From an uncultured Methanosarcinaceae archaeon (GTDB lineage Archaea > Halobacteriota > Methanosarcinia > Methanosarcinales > Methanosarcinaceae), in contig CAVTET010000001.1 in the NCBI GenBank assembly GCA_963733675.1, positions 480,001 to 544,000 on the forward strand: DNA of 64,000 nucleotides. Reading direction: 5' to 3'. The notes beneath the pieces were generated by a model, which ran no database searches, was not told the DNA's origin, and saw only the letters and a list, made by a program, of their open reading frames with translations. How positions within the stretch are numbered: position 1 is the first letter of the stretch; each line of letters begins with the position of its first letter. Of the stretch, positions 32,091 to 48,584 are shown in pieces. Position numbers and translations under genes: made by a program.

Positions 32091-33905
32091 ATGACTAAAG
32101 CAAAAGTATTCATAAACGGAGAGCTTGTTGGGATCCATGATAACCCGGCAGAACTCGTAAATGATGTCCGCAAGATGAGACAGCAGGGGTTCATATCCAG
32201 ACAGGTAAACATAGCTCTTAACGATAACACTAGGGAAGTAATTATAAACTCTGATATGGGCAGAGCAAGAAGGCCTATGGTAGTTGTGGAAAATGGAGTT
32301 TCAAAGGTAACTGAAGAACATATACAGAAACTGAAGAACAAGGACATCAACTTTGATGATCTTGTAAAAGAAGGCTGTATAGATTATCTCGATGCCGAAG
32401 AGGAAGTAAATGCTTACATTGCACTCTATGAAGCTGACGTTACCCCCAGGCATACTCATATTGAAATCGACCCTGAACTTATGCTAGGGATTTGCACAGG
32501 GATGGTTCCTTATCCAGAACATAATGCATCACCTCGTAATACCATGGGTGCAGCTATGATAAAGCAGTGTATAGGGGTTTCTACAGCAAATCAGAAACTC
32601 AGACCCGATACCCGTGCCCATGTTCTTCACTACCCTCAGAGGGCACTTACAAAGACCAGAACCTCTGAAGCGATAGGTTTTGATGAAAGGCCTGCAGGCC
32701 AGAACTTCGTGGTTGCAATCCTTTCTTATGAAGGATATAATATTGAAGATGCCCTAATTTTCAACAAGGGTTCTATCGACAGAGGACTCGGAAGGAGTCA
32801 TTTTCTCAGGACTTTCGAAGGAGAAGAAAGAAGGTATCCAGGAGGACAGGAAGACAAATTTGAGATTCCTGACTCTGAGTATCGCGGTGCTCGCAGTTCT
32901 GATGCATATGCAAACCTTGATGTCGATGGGCTTGTAAATCCTGAAACTCCGGTTGGCCCCAACGATGTGCTGATCGGAAAGACCAGCCCCCCAAGATTCC
33001 TTGAAGAACCTTCTGACTTCGGGATTGCAGTCGAACAGAGAAGAGAAAGTTCAATCACAATGAGATCAAATGAAACCGGGATTGTAGATACTGTCATTCT
33101 AACTGAATCCATTAATGGAACCCGTCTTGCCAAAGTAAAGGTGAGAGACGAAAGAATTCCTGATATAGGGGACAAGTTCGCTTCAAGACACGGACAAAAA
33201 GGAGTTATCGGGCTGAAGGTGCCGATTGCAGACATGCCCTTTACTGAATATGGCCTGACTCCGGATCTGATGATTAATCCGCATGCAATTCCTTCCCGTA
33301 TGACTGTAGGACACGTACTGGAAATGATTGGAGGAAAGGTTGGCTCAATGGAAGGTAGAAGAGTTAATGCAACCGCCTTCTCAGGAGAAAAAGAAGATGA
33401 TCTGAGAGAAGCTTTAAAGGAGCACGGATTCGCACACACTGGAAAAGAAGTTTTCTATGATGGAGCAACAGGCAGGATGATACCTGCAGATGTCTTCGTT
33501 GGTGTAATCCTTTACCAGAAACTACACCACATGGTTACCTCTAAGATGCACGCCAGGTCCCGCGGTCCAGTACAGGTGCTTACTCGTCAGCCAACCGAAG
33601 GTAGAGCTAGAGAGGGCGGTCTCAGATTCGGTGAAATGGAGCGTGATGTGTTGGTAGGACACGGAGCTGCAATGTCCTTAAAAGAGAGACTACTAGATGA
33701 GTCTGACAAGGTAGTGGAACTTGTTTGCTCTCACTGCGGGATGATTGCAACATTTGACAAGCAACGGAATGTCGCTTTCTGTTCTGCATGTGGTGCTGAC
33801 ACAGATATATACCCAGTAGAAATGAGTTATGCATTCAAGTTGCTTCTGGATGAAATAAAATCCCTTGGGGTTGCTCCCAGGCTTAATCTTGAAGATGCAG
33901 TGTGA
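32091..33905 (+). CDS. rpoB1: RNA polymerase subunit B' (Rpo2C)
   Basis: [45 protein letters not shown]. Confidence 0.98.
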   Translation: MTKAKVFINGELVGIHDNPAELVNDVRKMRQQGFISRQVNIALNDNTREVIINSDMGRARRPMVVVENGVSKVTEEHIQKLKNKDINFDDLVKEGCIDYLDAEEEVNAYIALYEADVTPRHTHIEIDPELMLGICTGMVPYPEHNASPRNTMGAAMIKQCIGVSTANQKLRPDTRAHVLHYPQRALTKTRTSEAIGFDERPAGQNFVVAILSYEGYNIEDALIFNKGSIDRGLGRSHFLRTFEGEERRYPGGQEDKFEIPDSEYRGARSSDAYANLDVDGLVNPETPVGPNDVLIGKTSPPRFLEEPSDFGIAVEQRRESSITMRSNETGIVDTVILTESINGTRLAKVKVRDERIPDIGDKFASRHGQKGVIGLKVPIADMPFTEYGLTPDLMINPHAIPSRMTVGHVLEMIGGKVGSMEGRRVNATAFSGEKEDDLREALKEHGFAHTGKEVFYDGATGRMIPADVFVGVILYQKLHHMVTSKMHARSRGPVQVLTRQPTEGRAREGGLRFGEMERDVLVGHGAAMSLKERLLDESDKVVELVCSHCGMIATFDKQRNVAFCSACGADTDIYPVEMSYAFKLLLDEIKSLGVAPRLNLEDAV

Positions 33906-33913
33906 GGTAGAAG

Positions 33914-36556
33914 ATGGCAAACGTACCTCCGATTCCGAAAAGAATTTCTTCGATTAAATTCGGTTTAATGTCTCCAAAAGAGATCCGTAAGATGAGTGCA
34001 ACGCCCGTTATCACAGCAGATACTTACGATGACGATGGATTTCCAATTGACATGGGGCTCATGGACACAAAACTAGGTGTTATTGACCCCGGACTTCGTT
34101 GTAAGACTTGTTCAGGCCGAGCGGGTGAGTGTCCAGGACACTTTGGGCATATAGAACTTGTTGCCCCTGTCATTCACGTTGGCTTTAACAAAGTTATCAG
34201 AAAGCTCCTTCGAGCAACCTGTCGAAAATGTAGCAAGCTTTTGCTTGAACCTGTACAGAAACAGAAATTTATGGATCTGCTTATCGGTATTGAGGAAATT
34301 AGACATATGCCCGATGACCTTATCAACGAAGCATATAAAGAAGCCAGTAAAGTAAAGACCTGTTCTTATTGCAATGAGGAACAGCTCGAAATCAAATTCG
34401 AAAAACCAAGTGAATATCTTGAAAACGGAGAAAAATTGACTCCAACTGAGATAAGGGATCGCTTCGAAAATATCCCTGATGAGGACATAATGGTTATCGG
34501 AATGGATCCTAAGAATGCGAGGCCGGAATGGATGATTCTTACTGTCTTGCCGGTTCCTCCTGTTACAGTAAGGCCCTCGATTACCCTTGAATCAGGACAA
34601 CGCAGTGAAGACGATCTGACCCACAAACTGGTCGATATTATAAGGATCAATCAACGTTTCCAGGAAAACAGGGAAGCTGGTGCCCCTCAGCTCATAATTG
34701 AAGACCTATGGGAACTCCTTCAGTATCATGTTACTACATTCTTTGACAATTCGGTCTCAGGGATACCCCCTGCAAGGCATAGATCAGGCAGACCCTTAAA
34801 AACCCTTTCCCAGCGTTTAAAGGGTAAAGAAGGACGTTTCAGAGGAAGTTTATCAGGTAAACGTGTTAATTTCTCTGCCCGTACGGTGATATCCCCGGAT
34901 CCCAATCTTAGTATTAACGAAGTCGGTGTCCCACTACCGATTGCACGAATTCTGACAATGCCATCCGTGGTGACGCCCCGAAATGTCGAACAGCTTAAAG
35001 TCTATGTGCGAAACGGTGAGGATATACACCCAGGAGCAAACTATGTACTGCGTGCTGATGGAAGACGCATAAAGGTAACCAATGTAAACAAAGATGATCT
35101 TGCTGAGAAGCTGGAATTCGGATGGGTAGTGGAACGCCAGTTGAAAGATGGAGATACAGTACTTTTTAATAGGCAGCCTTCTTTGCACAAGATGAGCATC
35201 ATGGCTCATTCTGTAAAGGTGCTTCCAAACAAGACTTTCAGACTGAACCCCGCAGTATGTCCCCCATATAATGCTGATTTTGACGGGGACGAAATGAATA
35301 TGCATGCCCTACAGACAGAAGAATCTAGGGCTGAAGCAAAGATCCTCATGCAGGTTCAAGAAAACATCCTTTCCCCGCGTTTTGGTGGTCCAATTATTGG
35401 TGGAATTCACGACCACATCTCAGGGCTTTTTTTGCTGACTCGTTTCGAAAATCATATCTTTCGCCATGAAGCTTATGATATTCTCCGGAAGAGCAATGCC
35501 CCAAATTTGCCTAAAGCTGCAGGCTACGATAACGACGGGAAACCTTACTGGACAGGAAAACAGATATTCAGCCAGATACTGCCCGAAAATCTGAATGTAC
35601 ATTTTTCAGCCCAAGTATGCGCACACTGTGATACCTGCAAAAAAGAAGGATGTCCACATGATGCCTATGTGGTAATCCGGAATGGTGAACTCCTTATGGG
35701 CACAATAGACGAAGCAGCTATAGGGGCCTTCAAAGGAAAAATCCAGGACCGTATTATCAAAGAAATCGGACCTGAAGCTGGAGCTCGCTTTATAGATGAT
35801 ATGACAAAGCTTGCAATTCGGGCGATAATGCGAACAGGCCTGAGTTTCGGAATAGCTGACGAAGATATTCCAAAAGAAGCCAGAATCCAGATTAATGAGG
35901 TCCTTGGAAAAGCCGAAGAAGCTGTACAGAACCTTATAAAATCTTACCAAAATAAGGAGCTTGAATCCCTACCTGGCAGAACACTTGATGAGACAATTGA
36001 GATGAGCATCATGCAGAAGCTTGGGAAAGCCAGAGATGAAACTGGTGGAATTGCAGACAGTCATATGGGACTAGAAAACTCAGCAGTTATCATGGCCCGC
36101 TCTGGAGCCAGAGGTTCCATCCTAAACCTTACTCAGATGGCGGCCTGTGTCGGTCAGCAGGCAGTACGTGGAGAACGTATCCGTAGAGGATATGCTGGCA
36201 GAACTCTGCCTCACTTCGAAGAGGGAGATTTGGGATCTGACGCCCATGGATTCGTAAAGGCAAGCTATAAAAGCGGATTAAGCCCGACTGAATACTTCTT
36301 CCACGCAATAGGTGGTAGAGAAGGACTTGTAGACACTGCGGTCAGGACGTCTCAGTCAGGATATCTGCAGAGAAGACTTGTCAATGCCCTACAGGATCTT
36401 GAAGTCCAGTATGACCTTACCGTCAGGGATACCAGAGGTGTGCTTGTACAGTTCAAGTACGGAGAAGACGGGATTAACTCCACAAAAAGTGATTTCAGCA
36501 AGCCTGATACTATCCACAAAATTGTACGTTCCGTGTTGAATAGGGAGGTGACATGA
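33914..36556 (+). CDS. rpoA1: RNA polymerase subunit A' (Rpo1N)
   Basis: Catalytic [11 protein letters not shown] motif; CPGHFGHI; [12 protein letters not shown]. Confidence 0.98.
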   Translation: MANVPPIPKRISSIKFGLMSPKEIRKMSATPVITADTYDDDGFPIDMGLMDTKLGVIDPGLRCKTCSGRAGECPGHFGHIELVAPVIHVGFNKVIRKLLRATCRKCSKLLLEPVQKQKFMDLLIGIEEIRHMPDDLINEAYKEASKVKTCSYCNEEQLEIKFEKPSEYLENGEKLTPTEIRDRFENIPDEDIMVIGMDPKNARPEWMILTVLPVPPVTVRPSITLESGQRSEDDLTHKLVDIIRINQRFQENREAGAPQLIIEDLWELLQYHVTTFFDNSVSGIPPARHRSGRPLKTLSQRLKGKEGRFRGSLSGKRVNFSARTVISPDPNLSINEVGVPLPIARILTMPSVVTPRNVEQLKVYVRNGEDIHPGANYVLRADGRRIKVTNVNKDDLAEKLEFGWVVERQLKDGDTVLFNRQPSLHKMSIMAHSVKVLPNKTFRLNPAVCPPYNADFDGDEMNMHALQTEESRAEAKILMQVQENILSPRFGGPIIGGIHDHISGLFLLTRFENHIFRHEAYDILRKSNAPNLPKAAGYDNDGKPYWTGKQIFSQILPENLNVHFSAQVCAHCDTCKKEGCPHDAYVVIRNGELLMGTIDEAAIGAFKGKIQDRIIKEIGPEAGARFIDDMTKLAIRAIMRTGLSFGIADEDIPKEARIQINEVLGKAEEAVQNLIKSYQNKELESLPGRTLDETIEMSIMQKLGKARDETGGIADSHMGLENSAVIMARSGARGSILNLTQMAACVGQQAVRGERIRRGYAGRTLPHFEEGDLGSDAHGFVKASYKSGLSPTEYFFHAIGGREGLVDTAVRTSQSGYLQRRLVNALQDLEVQYDLTVRDTRGVLVQFKYGEDGINSTKSDFSKPDTIHKIVRSVLNREVT

Positions 36557-37752
36557 TGAGTATTAGTAAAGCTACAATCGATAGCATGATAAGAGATCTA
36601 CCGTTTCCTTCAAATGCCCTCACAGTGCTCAAGGACGATGTCATCGAAGCCGGAGTGAGTAAAAAGGAAATGGAAGAGATTATAGAAAAGATAATGGAAG
36701 AATATGAGGTATCATGCATCGAGCCCTGTGATGCTGCAGGCGTGATTGCAGCACAGTCCATAGGAGAGCCAGGTACTCAGATGACCATGCGTACTTTCCA
36801 CTACGCAGGTGTGGCTGAGATTAATGTCACTCTCGGCCTTCCGCGACTTATAGAAATTGTAGATGCCCGAAAAATTCCTAGCACTCCGATGATGACAATT
36901 GCTCTCTCAAAAGAATATCCTGAAGATTACGCTTATGATCGGGAAAAAACAAGAGCTCTTGCCTGGGAAATTGAAGCTACAAAAATAGATCACATCGCTG
37001 ACGTGACAACTGATCTTTCCCAGATGAAACTGATAATAGACCTGCACGAGAAAGCGATGGAAAGCAGAAACATTACTATAGAACAGGTAAAGGAGAAATT
37101 CAACGAAGAACTGAATGTGATGGTCACTATATCTTCTGCTATTGATAATCAAATTATTATCGCCCCCGAAGAACCCTCTTACAGAGAACTTCTCCAGCTT
37201 GCAAAAAGTATCCATAGTGTCACCCTGAAAGGAATAGAGGGAATCAAGCGAGTGGTGGTTCGAAAGGAAGGAGAGGAGTATACTCTATATACCGAAGGTT
37301 CAGCTCTAAATGATGTGTTTCAGTTCGAAGGAGTGGACAAGACAAGAACAAGCACAAATAATATTAACGAAATTTATGAAGTTTTAGGAGTGGAAGCTGC
37401 AAGAAATGCAATTATCAAGGAAGCCACAGATACTCTGCGTGAACAGGGTCTTACAGTGGATATCCGACATATAATGCTTGTAGCAGACCTCATGACATGC
37501 GACGGAGAAGTAAAACAGATCGGGAGACATGGTATATCAGGTGAAAAGGCCAGCGTATTTGCACGCGCAGCTTTCGAAGTGACTGTTAACCACTTATTGG
37601 ATGCAGGAATGCGCGGAGATGTGGACAAGCTGGAAGGTGTCACCGAAAATATTATCGTTGGTCAGCCTATCCGCATGGGTACAGGCGATGTGCATCTCAT
37701 AAGCAGAAGGAAAGAAGAAGCAGAAATGAAACTAGAAGTAGAAGATGAATGA
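36553..37752 (+). CDS. rpoA2: RNA polymerase subunit A'' (Rpo1C)
   Basis: [42 protein letters not shown]. Confidence 0.98.
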   Translation: MMSISKATIDSMIRDLPFPSNALTVLKDDVIEAGVSKKEMEEIIEKIMEEYEVSCIEPCDAAGVIAAQSIGEPGTQMTMRTFHYAGVAEINVTLGLPRLIEIVDARKIPSTPMMTIALSKEYPEDYAYDREKTRALAWEIEATKIDHIADVTTDLSQMKLIIDLHEKAMESRNITIEQVKEKFNEELNVMVTISSAIDNQIIIAPEEPSYRELLQLAKSIHSVTLKGIEGIKRVVVRKEGEEYTLYTEGSALNDVFQFEGVDKTRTSTNNINEIYEVLGVEAARNAIIKEATDTLREQGLTVDIRHIMLVADLMTCDGEVKQIGRHGISGEKASVFARAAFEVTVNHLLDAGMRGDVDKLEGVTENIIVGQPIRMGTGDVHLISRRKEEAEMKLEVEDE

Positions 37753-38076
37753 AGGTTCTAAAAAAGCTTGAATTCTAACCTATAATTATTTAATGTATAA
37801 CCTGATAGAATACCAGCCCATATCAATTTACATTATTCTCTGAAATTAATTAAAATCCTGTTGCAAAAAATGGAGTATTAGATGCTTATAACCAGAAAAT
37901 AAATATAAGGCATAAGGTATTTAAAGTACCATATAATCGCTGATACTAGATATCTTACTAATAATAAAATAGAGTAATTAGCTAATTTGTGATAAAATCG
38001 ATGAAAATTAAGATCTTTCAAGCAAAAAGTAAAAAATAGCTCCGTAAACTAGCTAATTTGAGACAGAGTTGATGAA

Positions 38077-38367
38077 ATGAAAATTAATGTTGATAAATCT
38101 CTTATCAAGGCTGTGAAAACAGGAAAAGTAATCTTTGGAGCCAATCGGACCGTGGAGGCAGCAGCAAATGGCTCGGCAAAAATTGTGATCCTGGCATCAA
38201 ACTGCCCTGAAGATATTAAAAAAAAAAGTCAGGAAACAAATGTTCCGATCATGGAATATGAAGGCACAAGTGTGGAACTAGGGCCCGTTTGCGGTAAGCC
38301 CTTTACGATCGCAGCCATGGCAATTCTCGATGTAGGAGAATCGGATATTCTGGCAGCTACAGTTTGA
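38077..38367 (+). CDS. rpl30e: 50S ribosomal protein L30e
   Basis: [28 protein letters not shown]; canonical position in the cluster. Confidence 0.96.
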   Translation: MKINVDKSLIKAVKTGKVIFGANRTVEAAANGSAKIVILASNCPEDIKKKSQETNVPIMEYEGTSVELGPVCGKPFTIAAMAILDVGESDILAATV

Positions 38368-38386
38368 TGAAGGAGTTGGCAACGTC

Positions 38387-38812
38387 TTGGGTGAAATAAG
38401 ACTTACCACAGAAAGCATCCAGTACATTGCATTATTTGAAAATATGACGAAGGCCAAGATTCTTGACTGTATATTGGAAGAGGAAAGGCTCGTCTATGTC
38501 GTAAAACAGGGTGATATGGGGCTTGCGATAGGCAAAAATGGTGAAAATATAAATCGCGTTAAAAAAGTCCTAGACAAGCTTATAGAGCTTATTGAATATT
38601 CAGATGATCCTATAATCTTTCTAAAGAATGCCTTCGGTCCTGTGTCCTTGAATTCGGTAAACATTATTATCAAAAATGATAAGCGATTAGCTTATGCCGA
38701 GGTCCCCAATAAAGAAAAGGGGCTTGCAATAGGTCGCAATGGCAAGAATATCGAGAAGGTAAAAATGCTTGCTCGTCGCCATCATAACATAGAAGATGTA
38801 ATCCTGCAGTAA
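38387..38812 (+). CDS. nusA: Archaeal NusA (two KH domains)
   Basis: GLAIGKNGENI and GLAIGRNGKNI. Confidence 0.95.
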   Translation: MGEIRLTTESIQYIALFENMTKAKILDCILEEERLVYVVKQGDMGLAIGKNGENINRVKKVLDKLIELIEYSDDPIIFLKNAFGPVSLNSVNIIIKNDKRLAYAEVPNKEKGLAIGRNGKNIEKVKMLARRHHNIEDVILQ

Positions 38813-38887
38813 TCTGCATTATTTACGTTTGATCCATTAATCAGGTGTTGAAGTACAATATGGCATTGAATGCCTTACTAAAAATAG

Positions 38888-39912
<1,025 letters not shown>

Positions 39913-39984
39913 TTAATTATGCGATTTGCCTAGATTTAAGAAAATACTAGATCACAAAATTATTTTTGTTTAAAAGGTATCAGC

Positions 39985-42177
39985 ATGGGAAGAAGGAAAA
40001 AAATGGTCGAGCGCGTTACAACGCTTATGAATGAACCAGAAAAAATCAGAAACATCGGGATAGTCGCGCATATTGACCACGGAAAAACGACATTATCGGA
40101 TAACCTGCTAGCAGGCGCCGGCATGATTTCCAAAGAGCTTGCTGGAAGGCAGTTATTCATGGATTCCGATGAAGAGGAACAATCCAGGGGAATAACAATT
40201 GATGCTTCCAACGTTTCTATGGTTCACACTTTCGATAATGAAGACTACCTTATCAACTTGATCGACACTCCTGGACATGTTGACTTTGGGGGAGACGTCA
40301 CACGTGCCATGAGAGCTGTGGACGGTGCAGTTGTGGTCGTAGACGCCGTAGAAGGTACGATGCCACAGACCGAAACAGTGCTGAGGCAGGCACTCAGAGA
40401 ACATGTAAGACCTGTGCTTTTTATTAATAAGGTGGATAGACTGATCAATGAGCTGCAAGTTGATTCCCAGGAAATGCAGGTTCGTCTTGGAAAAGTCATT
40501 GATCACGTGAACAAGCTCATCAAAAACATGAACCCAGATAAATTCAAGTCAGGTTGGAAAGTCGATGCCTCAGAAGGGACTGTAGGTTTTGGATCAGCTC
40601 TTTACAACTGGGCTATCAGTGTGCCTATGATGAAGAAGACCGGGATTTCCTTTAAGGAAGTATATGAATGTTGTAAAGTAGGAGACATGAAATCCCTGGC
40701 AGAAAAGTGTCCTCTACACGAAGCTGTCCTTGATATGGTTATTAGGTTCCTACCTAACCCTCTTGATGCACAAAAATTAAGGGTGCCGGTTATCTGGCAT
40801 GGAGATGCTAATACTGAGATAGGCAAATCCATGGCCAATGCGAATGCAGATGGAGATCTTGCTTTCATGGTTACAGACATTTCCGTTGACCCTCATGCAG
40901 GAGAAGTCGCAACCGGAAGACTGTTCAGCGGATCTCTCACCCGTGGAATGGAAGTTTATACATCCGGGACCGCAAAAAAGAGCAGGGTACAGCAAGTAGG
41001 CATATTCATGGGCCCTGAAAGGCTCGAAGTGGAAAAAATCCCTGCAGGCAATATTGCAGCAGTCACGGGCTTAAAAGATGCAGTTGTAGGTTCTACAGTA
41101 ACAACACTTGACAGCATGATACCTTTCGAAAGTATCAGGCATGTAAGCGAACCTGTGGTGACTGTGGCTGTGGAAGCCAAGCACACCAAAGATCTGCCTA
41201 AGCTTATTGAGGTTCTTAGGCAGGTCGCAAAAGAAGATCCGACTCTTCAGATTACCCTTGATGAGGAAACAGGGGAACACCTTATGGCAGGAATGGGAGA
41301 ACTTCATCTAGAAGTCATCGCCCACAGAATTCAGAGAGATAAGAATGTTGAAATTACCACGAGTAAACCGATTGTAGTCTACAGGGAAACCATAAAAAGG
41401 AAGATTGAATCCGTAGAAGGAAAATCCCCTAACAGGCATAACAGATTTTATATCTATGTGGAACCCCTTGACACTGAGATTGTCAGCCTCATCAAGTCAG
41501 GAGATATCAGCATGAATCTGCCCGAACTTGAACGCCGACAGAAGCTCATGAAACTCGGAATGGACAAAGATGAAGCAAAGGGCATTGCTGGAATTTTTAA
41601 TTCCAATATCTTCATAGATATGACCAAGGGAATTCAGTACCTGAACGAGACAATGGAACTGGTTCTAGATGGGTTCGAAGAAGTTATGCGAGCAGGTCCT
41701 CTGACGAGGGAACCTGTGGCAAATGTGAAATGCGTACTCGTAGATGCAAAACTTCACGAGGATGCAATCCACAGGGGTCCAGCTCAGGTTATTCCCGCTG
41801 CAAGACAGGCAATCCAGGCTGGCATGCTTATGGCAGAGGACAGTTTGCTTGAACCTTATCAGAAAGTCTTTGTTCAGGTGCCCCAGCTCACAATGGGTGG
41901 TGCAACAAAGGAATTGCAAGGCCGGCGCGGAATTATCCTTAATATGACCACTGAAGGAGACCTCGCAATTATCGAGTCCAGAGTGCCTGTCGCTGAAATG
42001 TTCGGATTTGCCGGAGAAATCAGGTCTGCAACCGAAGGACGTGCTATGTGGAGCACTGAATTTGGTGGCTTCGATATATTACCATCTAGTATCCAGACAG
42101 AAGTGGTAGGCCAGATCAGAGAGAGAAAAGGCCTCAAGAAGGAACTTCCAAAAGTCACTGACTTCCTTTCAATTTAA
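39985..42177 (+). CDS. fusA: Elongation factor 2
   Basis: [21 protein letters not shown], diphthamide loop [11 protein letters not shown]. Confidence 0.98.
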   Translation: MGRRKKMVERVTTLMNEPEKIRNIGIVAHIDHGKTTLSDNLLAGAGMISKELAGRQLFMDSDEEEQSRGITIDASNVSMVHTFDNEDYLINLIDTPGHVDFGGDVTRAMRAVDGAVVVVDAVEGTMPQTETVLRQALREHVRPVLFINKVDRLINELQVDSQEMQVRLGKVIDHVNKLIKNMNPDKFKSGWKVDASEGTVGFGSALYNWAISVPMMKKTGISFKEVYECCKVGDMKSLAEKCPLHEAVLDMVIRFLPNPLDAQKLRVPVIWHGDANTEIGKSMANANADGDLAFMVTDISVDPHAGEVATGRLFSGSLTRGMEVYTSGTAKKSRVQQVGIFMGPERLEVEKIPAGNIAAVTGLKDAVVGSTVTTLDSMIPFESIRHVSEPVVTVAVEAKHTKDLPKLIEVLRQVAKEDPTLQITLDEETGEHLMAGMGELHLEVIAHRIQRDKNVEITTSKPIVVYRETIKRKIESVEGKSPNRHNRFYIYVEPLDTEIVSLIKSGDISMNLPELERRQKLMKLGMDKDEAKGIAGIFNSNIFIDMTKGIQYLNETMELVLDGFEEVMRAGPLTREPVANVKCVLVDAKLHEDAIHRGPAQVIPAARQAIQAGMLMAEDSLLEPYQKVFVQVPQLTMGGATKELQGRRGIILNMTTEGDLAIIESRVPVAEMFGFAGEIRSATEGRAMWSTEFGGFDILPSSIQTEVVGQIRERKGLKKELPKVTDFLSI

Positions 42178-42522
42178 GTAAGCGAAATTTCCCGTTTCTT
42201 CTTAATATTTTTAAGGTAATATCCACTTTACGTTGAATGGAATTAAATTTTGACCGATCTGAAAGGGAAAAGAATCTCTATCAGTTTGAGGATAAAGCCA
42301 ATCGGAAAGCTTTAAGACAATGTATGCCTATATTGGGGAAAACAGTCCAGGTTGTTGGATATTAATAAAAGATTGACTCAATGAAAAAGGGAAATTAACA
42401 ATATTGATTTCATAAAAAAATATATAAACTGATGCATCAATAGTGAGATTTGGCCTAATATTAATATAGTAAATATTTGATATACGGTTGAAACTCATCT
42501 AGAATTACAGGAGAATTATAAT

Positions 42523-44138
<1,616 letters not shown>

Positions 44139-44149
44139 ACTTCAAAAAA

Positions 44150-44201
44150 GACGGGCTACAGAAATCATCTGTAACTGGTCTTGTAAACTTCTTTTTCATT
44201 T
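44150..44201 (+). terminator. Hairpin plus T-tract after rps10
   Basis: Imperfect stem GACGGGCTACAGA..TCTGTAACTGGTC followed by CTTCTTTTTC. Confidence 0.5.
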
Positions 44202-44299
44202 CGGCATATTGTCATATCATATTTTGTAACCTCAATATATATCTTAATAAATTCGAGATAATTTTCCGTTTAGAAGCTCTCGCAAGCTAGACATTTCTG

Positions 44300-45075
44300 G
44301 AAATACTTTCGAGTTCTTACCGCCTTTTCAAAGAATGTTGAAACGAACTATTTTTACTTGAGCAATTTCAATGCGTTCTTGCAAGTTGCTACAGCAGGTA
44401 CTCTTGAAGTAATAACTATGGCATCCATAAATTTTATTATTTCTTTCTTGGTAAGTCCATTTTTGAGTTTTAAAAGCGATTTTTTCCTACTTTGGTAGGT
44501 TCTTCACATTCATATATAATATTTATGTAACCATTCATCCTGAAAGAAACAGAATCAATTGCAATCTTACTAAGATTCAATGAGCAAATTTCGGTAGGTT
44601 CATTTTATTTAACCGTCGACTATTGATTATATATTTTATTTTTTCATCAATCAATAATCAGGAGTACGTATTGCATCAAAATAGATATCTGCCAACTGAT
44701 TATGAGTAAGCTGAACATTTCAATCAGTAAGTTAGTTATGGTTCTCTGGGAAATTTCCGGAGGGAAATTCGATAAATGCATTTTTTCCCAAGTTCAAAGT
44801 CTGAAAGACAAGCAATTGCTGCAAAACAAACATTTTAAACATGATGATTACTTTAGCTTCAGGTTGGCCTCAGTAAAATATTTTGTGAAAAACATATGGA
44901 CTCCAAAATGACACGAAAAGATTTCAAATCAATTAAGGAATCAATTTCAAAAAATTTATCTCCAAATGACTGAAGACGTTTTTATTCTTTTTTAAGAGCA
45001 AAATCAGTAGAAGTTTTCCTAGTAAAAATTATTGTTAAAAATCTTAAATTATCAAATATTCAAATGCATATCATT
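44300..45075 (-). mobile_element. IS5-family (DUF772-type) transposase remnant, copy A
   Basis: Minus strand reads TDFALKKE*KRLQSFGDKFFEIDSLID and IIMFKMFVLQQ..LSDFELGKKCIYRISLRKF; homologous to copies B and C. Confidence 0.8.
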
Positions 45076-45318
45076 ACACTATTAAAAATCGATTTTTAAA
45101 ACAGTATTTTCTACGCTTAAAGTCACTCAAAATTTTATAATCATGGAAACCGCAGAAAATGCGGGGAAAAGGCTCCTAAATTTTCTTTTCTCCCTATTTT
45201 CTGTGCTTCTAGTGGTTTACTTCTAAGTTAAGATTATTAAAGGATGAAATGAATGCATTTTTCTCATTTTATAATGTATTGATTTTTGATTTTGAAATTC
45301 TAATCTAAAAGGAGGTAG

Positions 45319-45504
45319 CGTTCTCATCAAAAAAAAGCAAGGAATTTCGGACGATATTCAATAGACTCACTTTTTTTAGGTTGGGGAGAGGTGCTAAGGC
45401 ATTTTTTTTATTTATGAATTTCGAATTTCTCTTTCGATCTCTTAACCGTCGAGTAGTTCTCTAGTAGGTGTTGCTTGCTAGTGGGTGTTAAAGAGATGAG
45501 AACG
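45319..45504. mobile_element. MITE-like element, 186 bp
   Basis: Perfect 10-bp terminal inverted repeat CGTTCTCATC / GATGAGAACG with no ORF between. Confidence 0.45.
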
Positions 45505-46051
45505 TAATTTATACTACTCTGTCATCATATATAATATTTTTAACACTTAATATTATTTTACCAAACTCTCGTTAGTGTACCTAGCTAACTTAATTTATGG
45601 ATATAATGTTATATTATCGCAATGAATTCCATATTTAATATTTCAGAGATATCAAGATACCGTAGCTCAATCAAGCAACTGTTTATATATTAATCTTTCA
45701 TCCAAAAAAGATTCTCAGAATCACAAATATTAGTAGATAAGATTTTGCAGGCTGAAAATATTAAGAATAGATGCCTTACTAAAGGTTTCTAACTTTTAGG
45801 AGACTTTAGGAAAAGTAAGGAAAGGGTAATATTCCCAGATCACGAAAAACTATCTGAATATAATAGTCAAAAAGCAGACTCAAACTAAGAATAGACAAAG
45901 GGATGGACTTCAGAATGCATTCTACATTAACTGGAAAGCACTATATCTAAATATGGACAAATTTCTTTTTGGAAATTTCATATTCCAAAAGCTACATTTT
46001 GAAAAAGTAGTCTTCGAAATCTTTATATCCGATTTCTTTTTTTAAGTAATC

Positions 46052-47233
46052 ATGATACTAAATGTTCCTCATATTCTTCTTCCCAATAATAATTTGGAAA
46101 AATGGGCAGTAATTGCTTGTGATCAACATACTCAGGATATAGAATACTGGAAAAGGGTTGAGGAATTTGTCGGGAATAGTCCTTCTACTTTTAATCTTAT
46201 TTGTCCAGAAATATATCTTCCTCTTGATGAAAAAAGATTGAATAACATTCATAAAGCTAGTCATGATTACAAAAAAATTCTTGTTGACCATGGATCTTGT
46301 TTTATCCTTGTAAAACGTTCTTTTGACAGCAAAGAAAGAATCGGTCTTGTGGTTGCAATTGATTTGGATGAGTACGAATTTGATGGATCTGATTCGTTGA
46401 TCCGACCAACTGAAGGGACAATTAAAGAAAGGCTTCCTGCAAGAGTCAGGATCAGAGAAAATTCGGAGTTAGAGCTTTCCCATATTTTGGTATTATATAA
46501 TGATCCAGATTTTTCTGTTATTCCCAAAGATACAGATGATACAATTTATGAAGTTAATAAGATTTATGATTTTGATCTAATGGAAAATGGTGGCCATATC
46601 ATCGGCTATAAGATATACGACGAAAAAATAATTAAAGAAATTTCCAATAAAGTTAACAACTTTGGAATGTTTCTTGTTGGTGATGGAAACCACAGCCTTG
46701 CTGCAGCAAAAAATTTCTGGGAAAAAATTAAAGGAACTGTACCTAACTTTCATCCTGCAAGATACGCATTAGTAGAACTTGTGAATATCCATGATCCAGG
46801 GCTTTCATTTGAACCAATTCATAGAGTTGTAATAGGAGTTAAGCCTGACGAACTGCTCAAAAAGTTCAATGCAAAGATTATAGAATCTCCCTGTCACACA
46901 TTTTATAATTCTTCAGTTGATAGCCATTCAATTGGATTTGTTACTAAAAACAAATGCGGGAAGCTTATTTTGGATACCGTCGGTTATGATCTGGAGGTTG
47001 AAACTCTTGATGCGGTGATTGATAATTGCTCTATTGAATATGAGCATGATCCTGAAATTGTAGAAAAGATTGGGAAAAAACAGGGTAATATTGGTTTCTT
47101 TCTCCCACCCTTAAAAAAGAGCGAATTTTATCCTCTTATAATAGAGAAGGGGATCCTTCCGAGAAAGTCATTTTCTCTTGGAAAAGAAAATGAGAAAAGA
47201 TATTATGTAGAGGCCAGAAAAATTGTTTTATAA
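46052..47233 (+). CDS. DUF1015 family protein
   Basis: WAVIACDQ, IRPTEGTI.ERLP.R, VGDGNHSLAAAK, FEPIHRV, LPRKSFS. Confidence 0.88.
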   Translation: MILNVPHILLPNNNLEKWAVIACDQHTQDIEYWKRVEEFVGNSPSTFNLICPEIYLPLDEKRLNNIHKASHDYKKILVDHGSCFILVKRSFDSKERIGLVVAIDLDEYEFDGSDSLIRPTEGTIKERLPARVRIRENSELELSHILVLYNDPDFSVIPKDTDDTIYEVNKIYDFDLMENGGHIIGYKIYDEKIIKEISNKVNNFGMFLVGDGNHSLAAAKNFWEKIKGTVPNFHPARYALVELVNIHDPGLSFEPIHRVVIGVKPDELLKKFNAKIIESPCHTFYNSSVDSHSIGFVTKNKCGKLILDTVGYDLEVETLDAVIDNCSIEYEHDPEIVEKIGKKQGNIGFFLPPLKKSEFYPLIIEKGILPRKSFSLGKENEKRYYVEARKIVL

Positions 47234-47639
47234 TTAATTTCACAACTTTTTTCAAAAATTAGTTAAATCATTTTGTCCAATTTCTTTATCTCCCCTTACT
47301 AAATTTTCCGCAATTTCTCATCCTTCGTATAAACGAATCCATGAGGTCGATTTTATAGAGTCAACTTACTAATTAATTACACATTTTATTTCAGTAGAAT
47401 ACCCTGGAGCATGATGCTGGGGTGAAAACTTCCCAGATAACCGTTATTAACTAACGAACTCAGTTTTTAAGTTACTTTTGTGGTATAAAGCAAAACTGTA
47501 AAGGATTTCGATTTATCTTTAATTTTTTTTCTTTGCGGAAATTCTGTCCACATCTTTCTTGCTGATTTCTGGACTGGACTTCATTTTTTCTTTTCGCATT
47601 CATTATTCATTTCTTTTAAGGATAGCTTTCCCTATCCCT

Positions 47640-48550
47640 AAGATACCCTTTTTATTTTCAATGTCATTAATTGATAGAGATTATAACAAAAACGGTACAC
47701 AACTTCTTTAGATTGACTCATTGAACAGTGGTGCAGGAATTTTTACTGCTTTGAATATCCTTTTAATTACTTAATAAAATAATTCCAATTAGGCTTTTTT
47801 TGAGCTGATCCTCTTGTTTCTTAATATATAATTCATCAATAGAGGATGCTCTTTTCATTGTTACATCATAACTTTTTGATTTTGCTCCAAAGTTTCTCCT
47901 ATCTCTACAAACAACTTCATTTTTCTGAGAAATCTACCTGAGAATCATGACGTTAGAGGTTATTATTTTGAATCTTCTGACCAGCTCATAATCCCTTTCC
48001 ATATGCTATGAAATTTATACCCAAAGTGTAACACAACATTTTATTATATCCAGGTTCCATCCCTGCTTCTCTTTGTTTTTACTTAATTTTCTCGAGCTCT
48101 ATCCCTTTTGTATTTCAAAGATCTGAATGAATAAAAGTATAATTCTGAATCATCACCTATTTTCAAAAACGCAATCAAACTAGCCTTGTAACTGTCACCA
48201 CATTTTTTCTTCTTTTCAGTTATCAACAATTTCTTTTCTTAATGAACAAACAATACCCTGTTTCAAAAGTTCAAAATCTGAAAGATACAAAACAGTACTG
48301 TAAAATAAGCATTTTAAAAATAATTATACGTTAGCTACAGGTCTTTCTCAGGAAATTGTTTTGTTGAAATATATGGACTCAAAAGTAATAAAAAAATTTT
48401 TAATCAATTAAGAAATCAATTATTAGCAAGCTTGTTTCCAACTGACTGAAAAATTGTGTATTCTTACTTAAGAGCAAAATCAGCAAGAATTTTCATGAGT
48501 AAAAATTATTGATAAAAAAGTTTAACTCTCCAATAATCTAATGCATAGGA
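47640..48550 (-). mobile_element. IS5-family transposase remnant, copy B (near full length)
   Basis: Minus-strand pieces KTKRSRDGTWI, HFGYKFHSI, DYELVRRFK..HDSQVDFS and EVVCRDRRNFGAKSKSYDVTMKRA; its 5' part aligns with 44780-45070. Confidence 0.82.
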
Positions 48551-48584
48551 GGTTCTAGAAATACTCTATGAAATTTTAGCTGAA

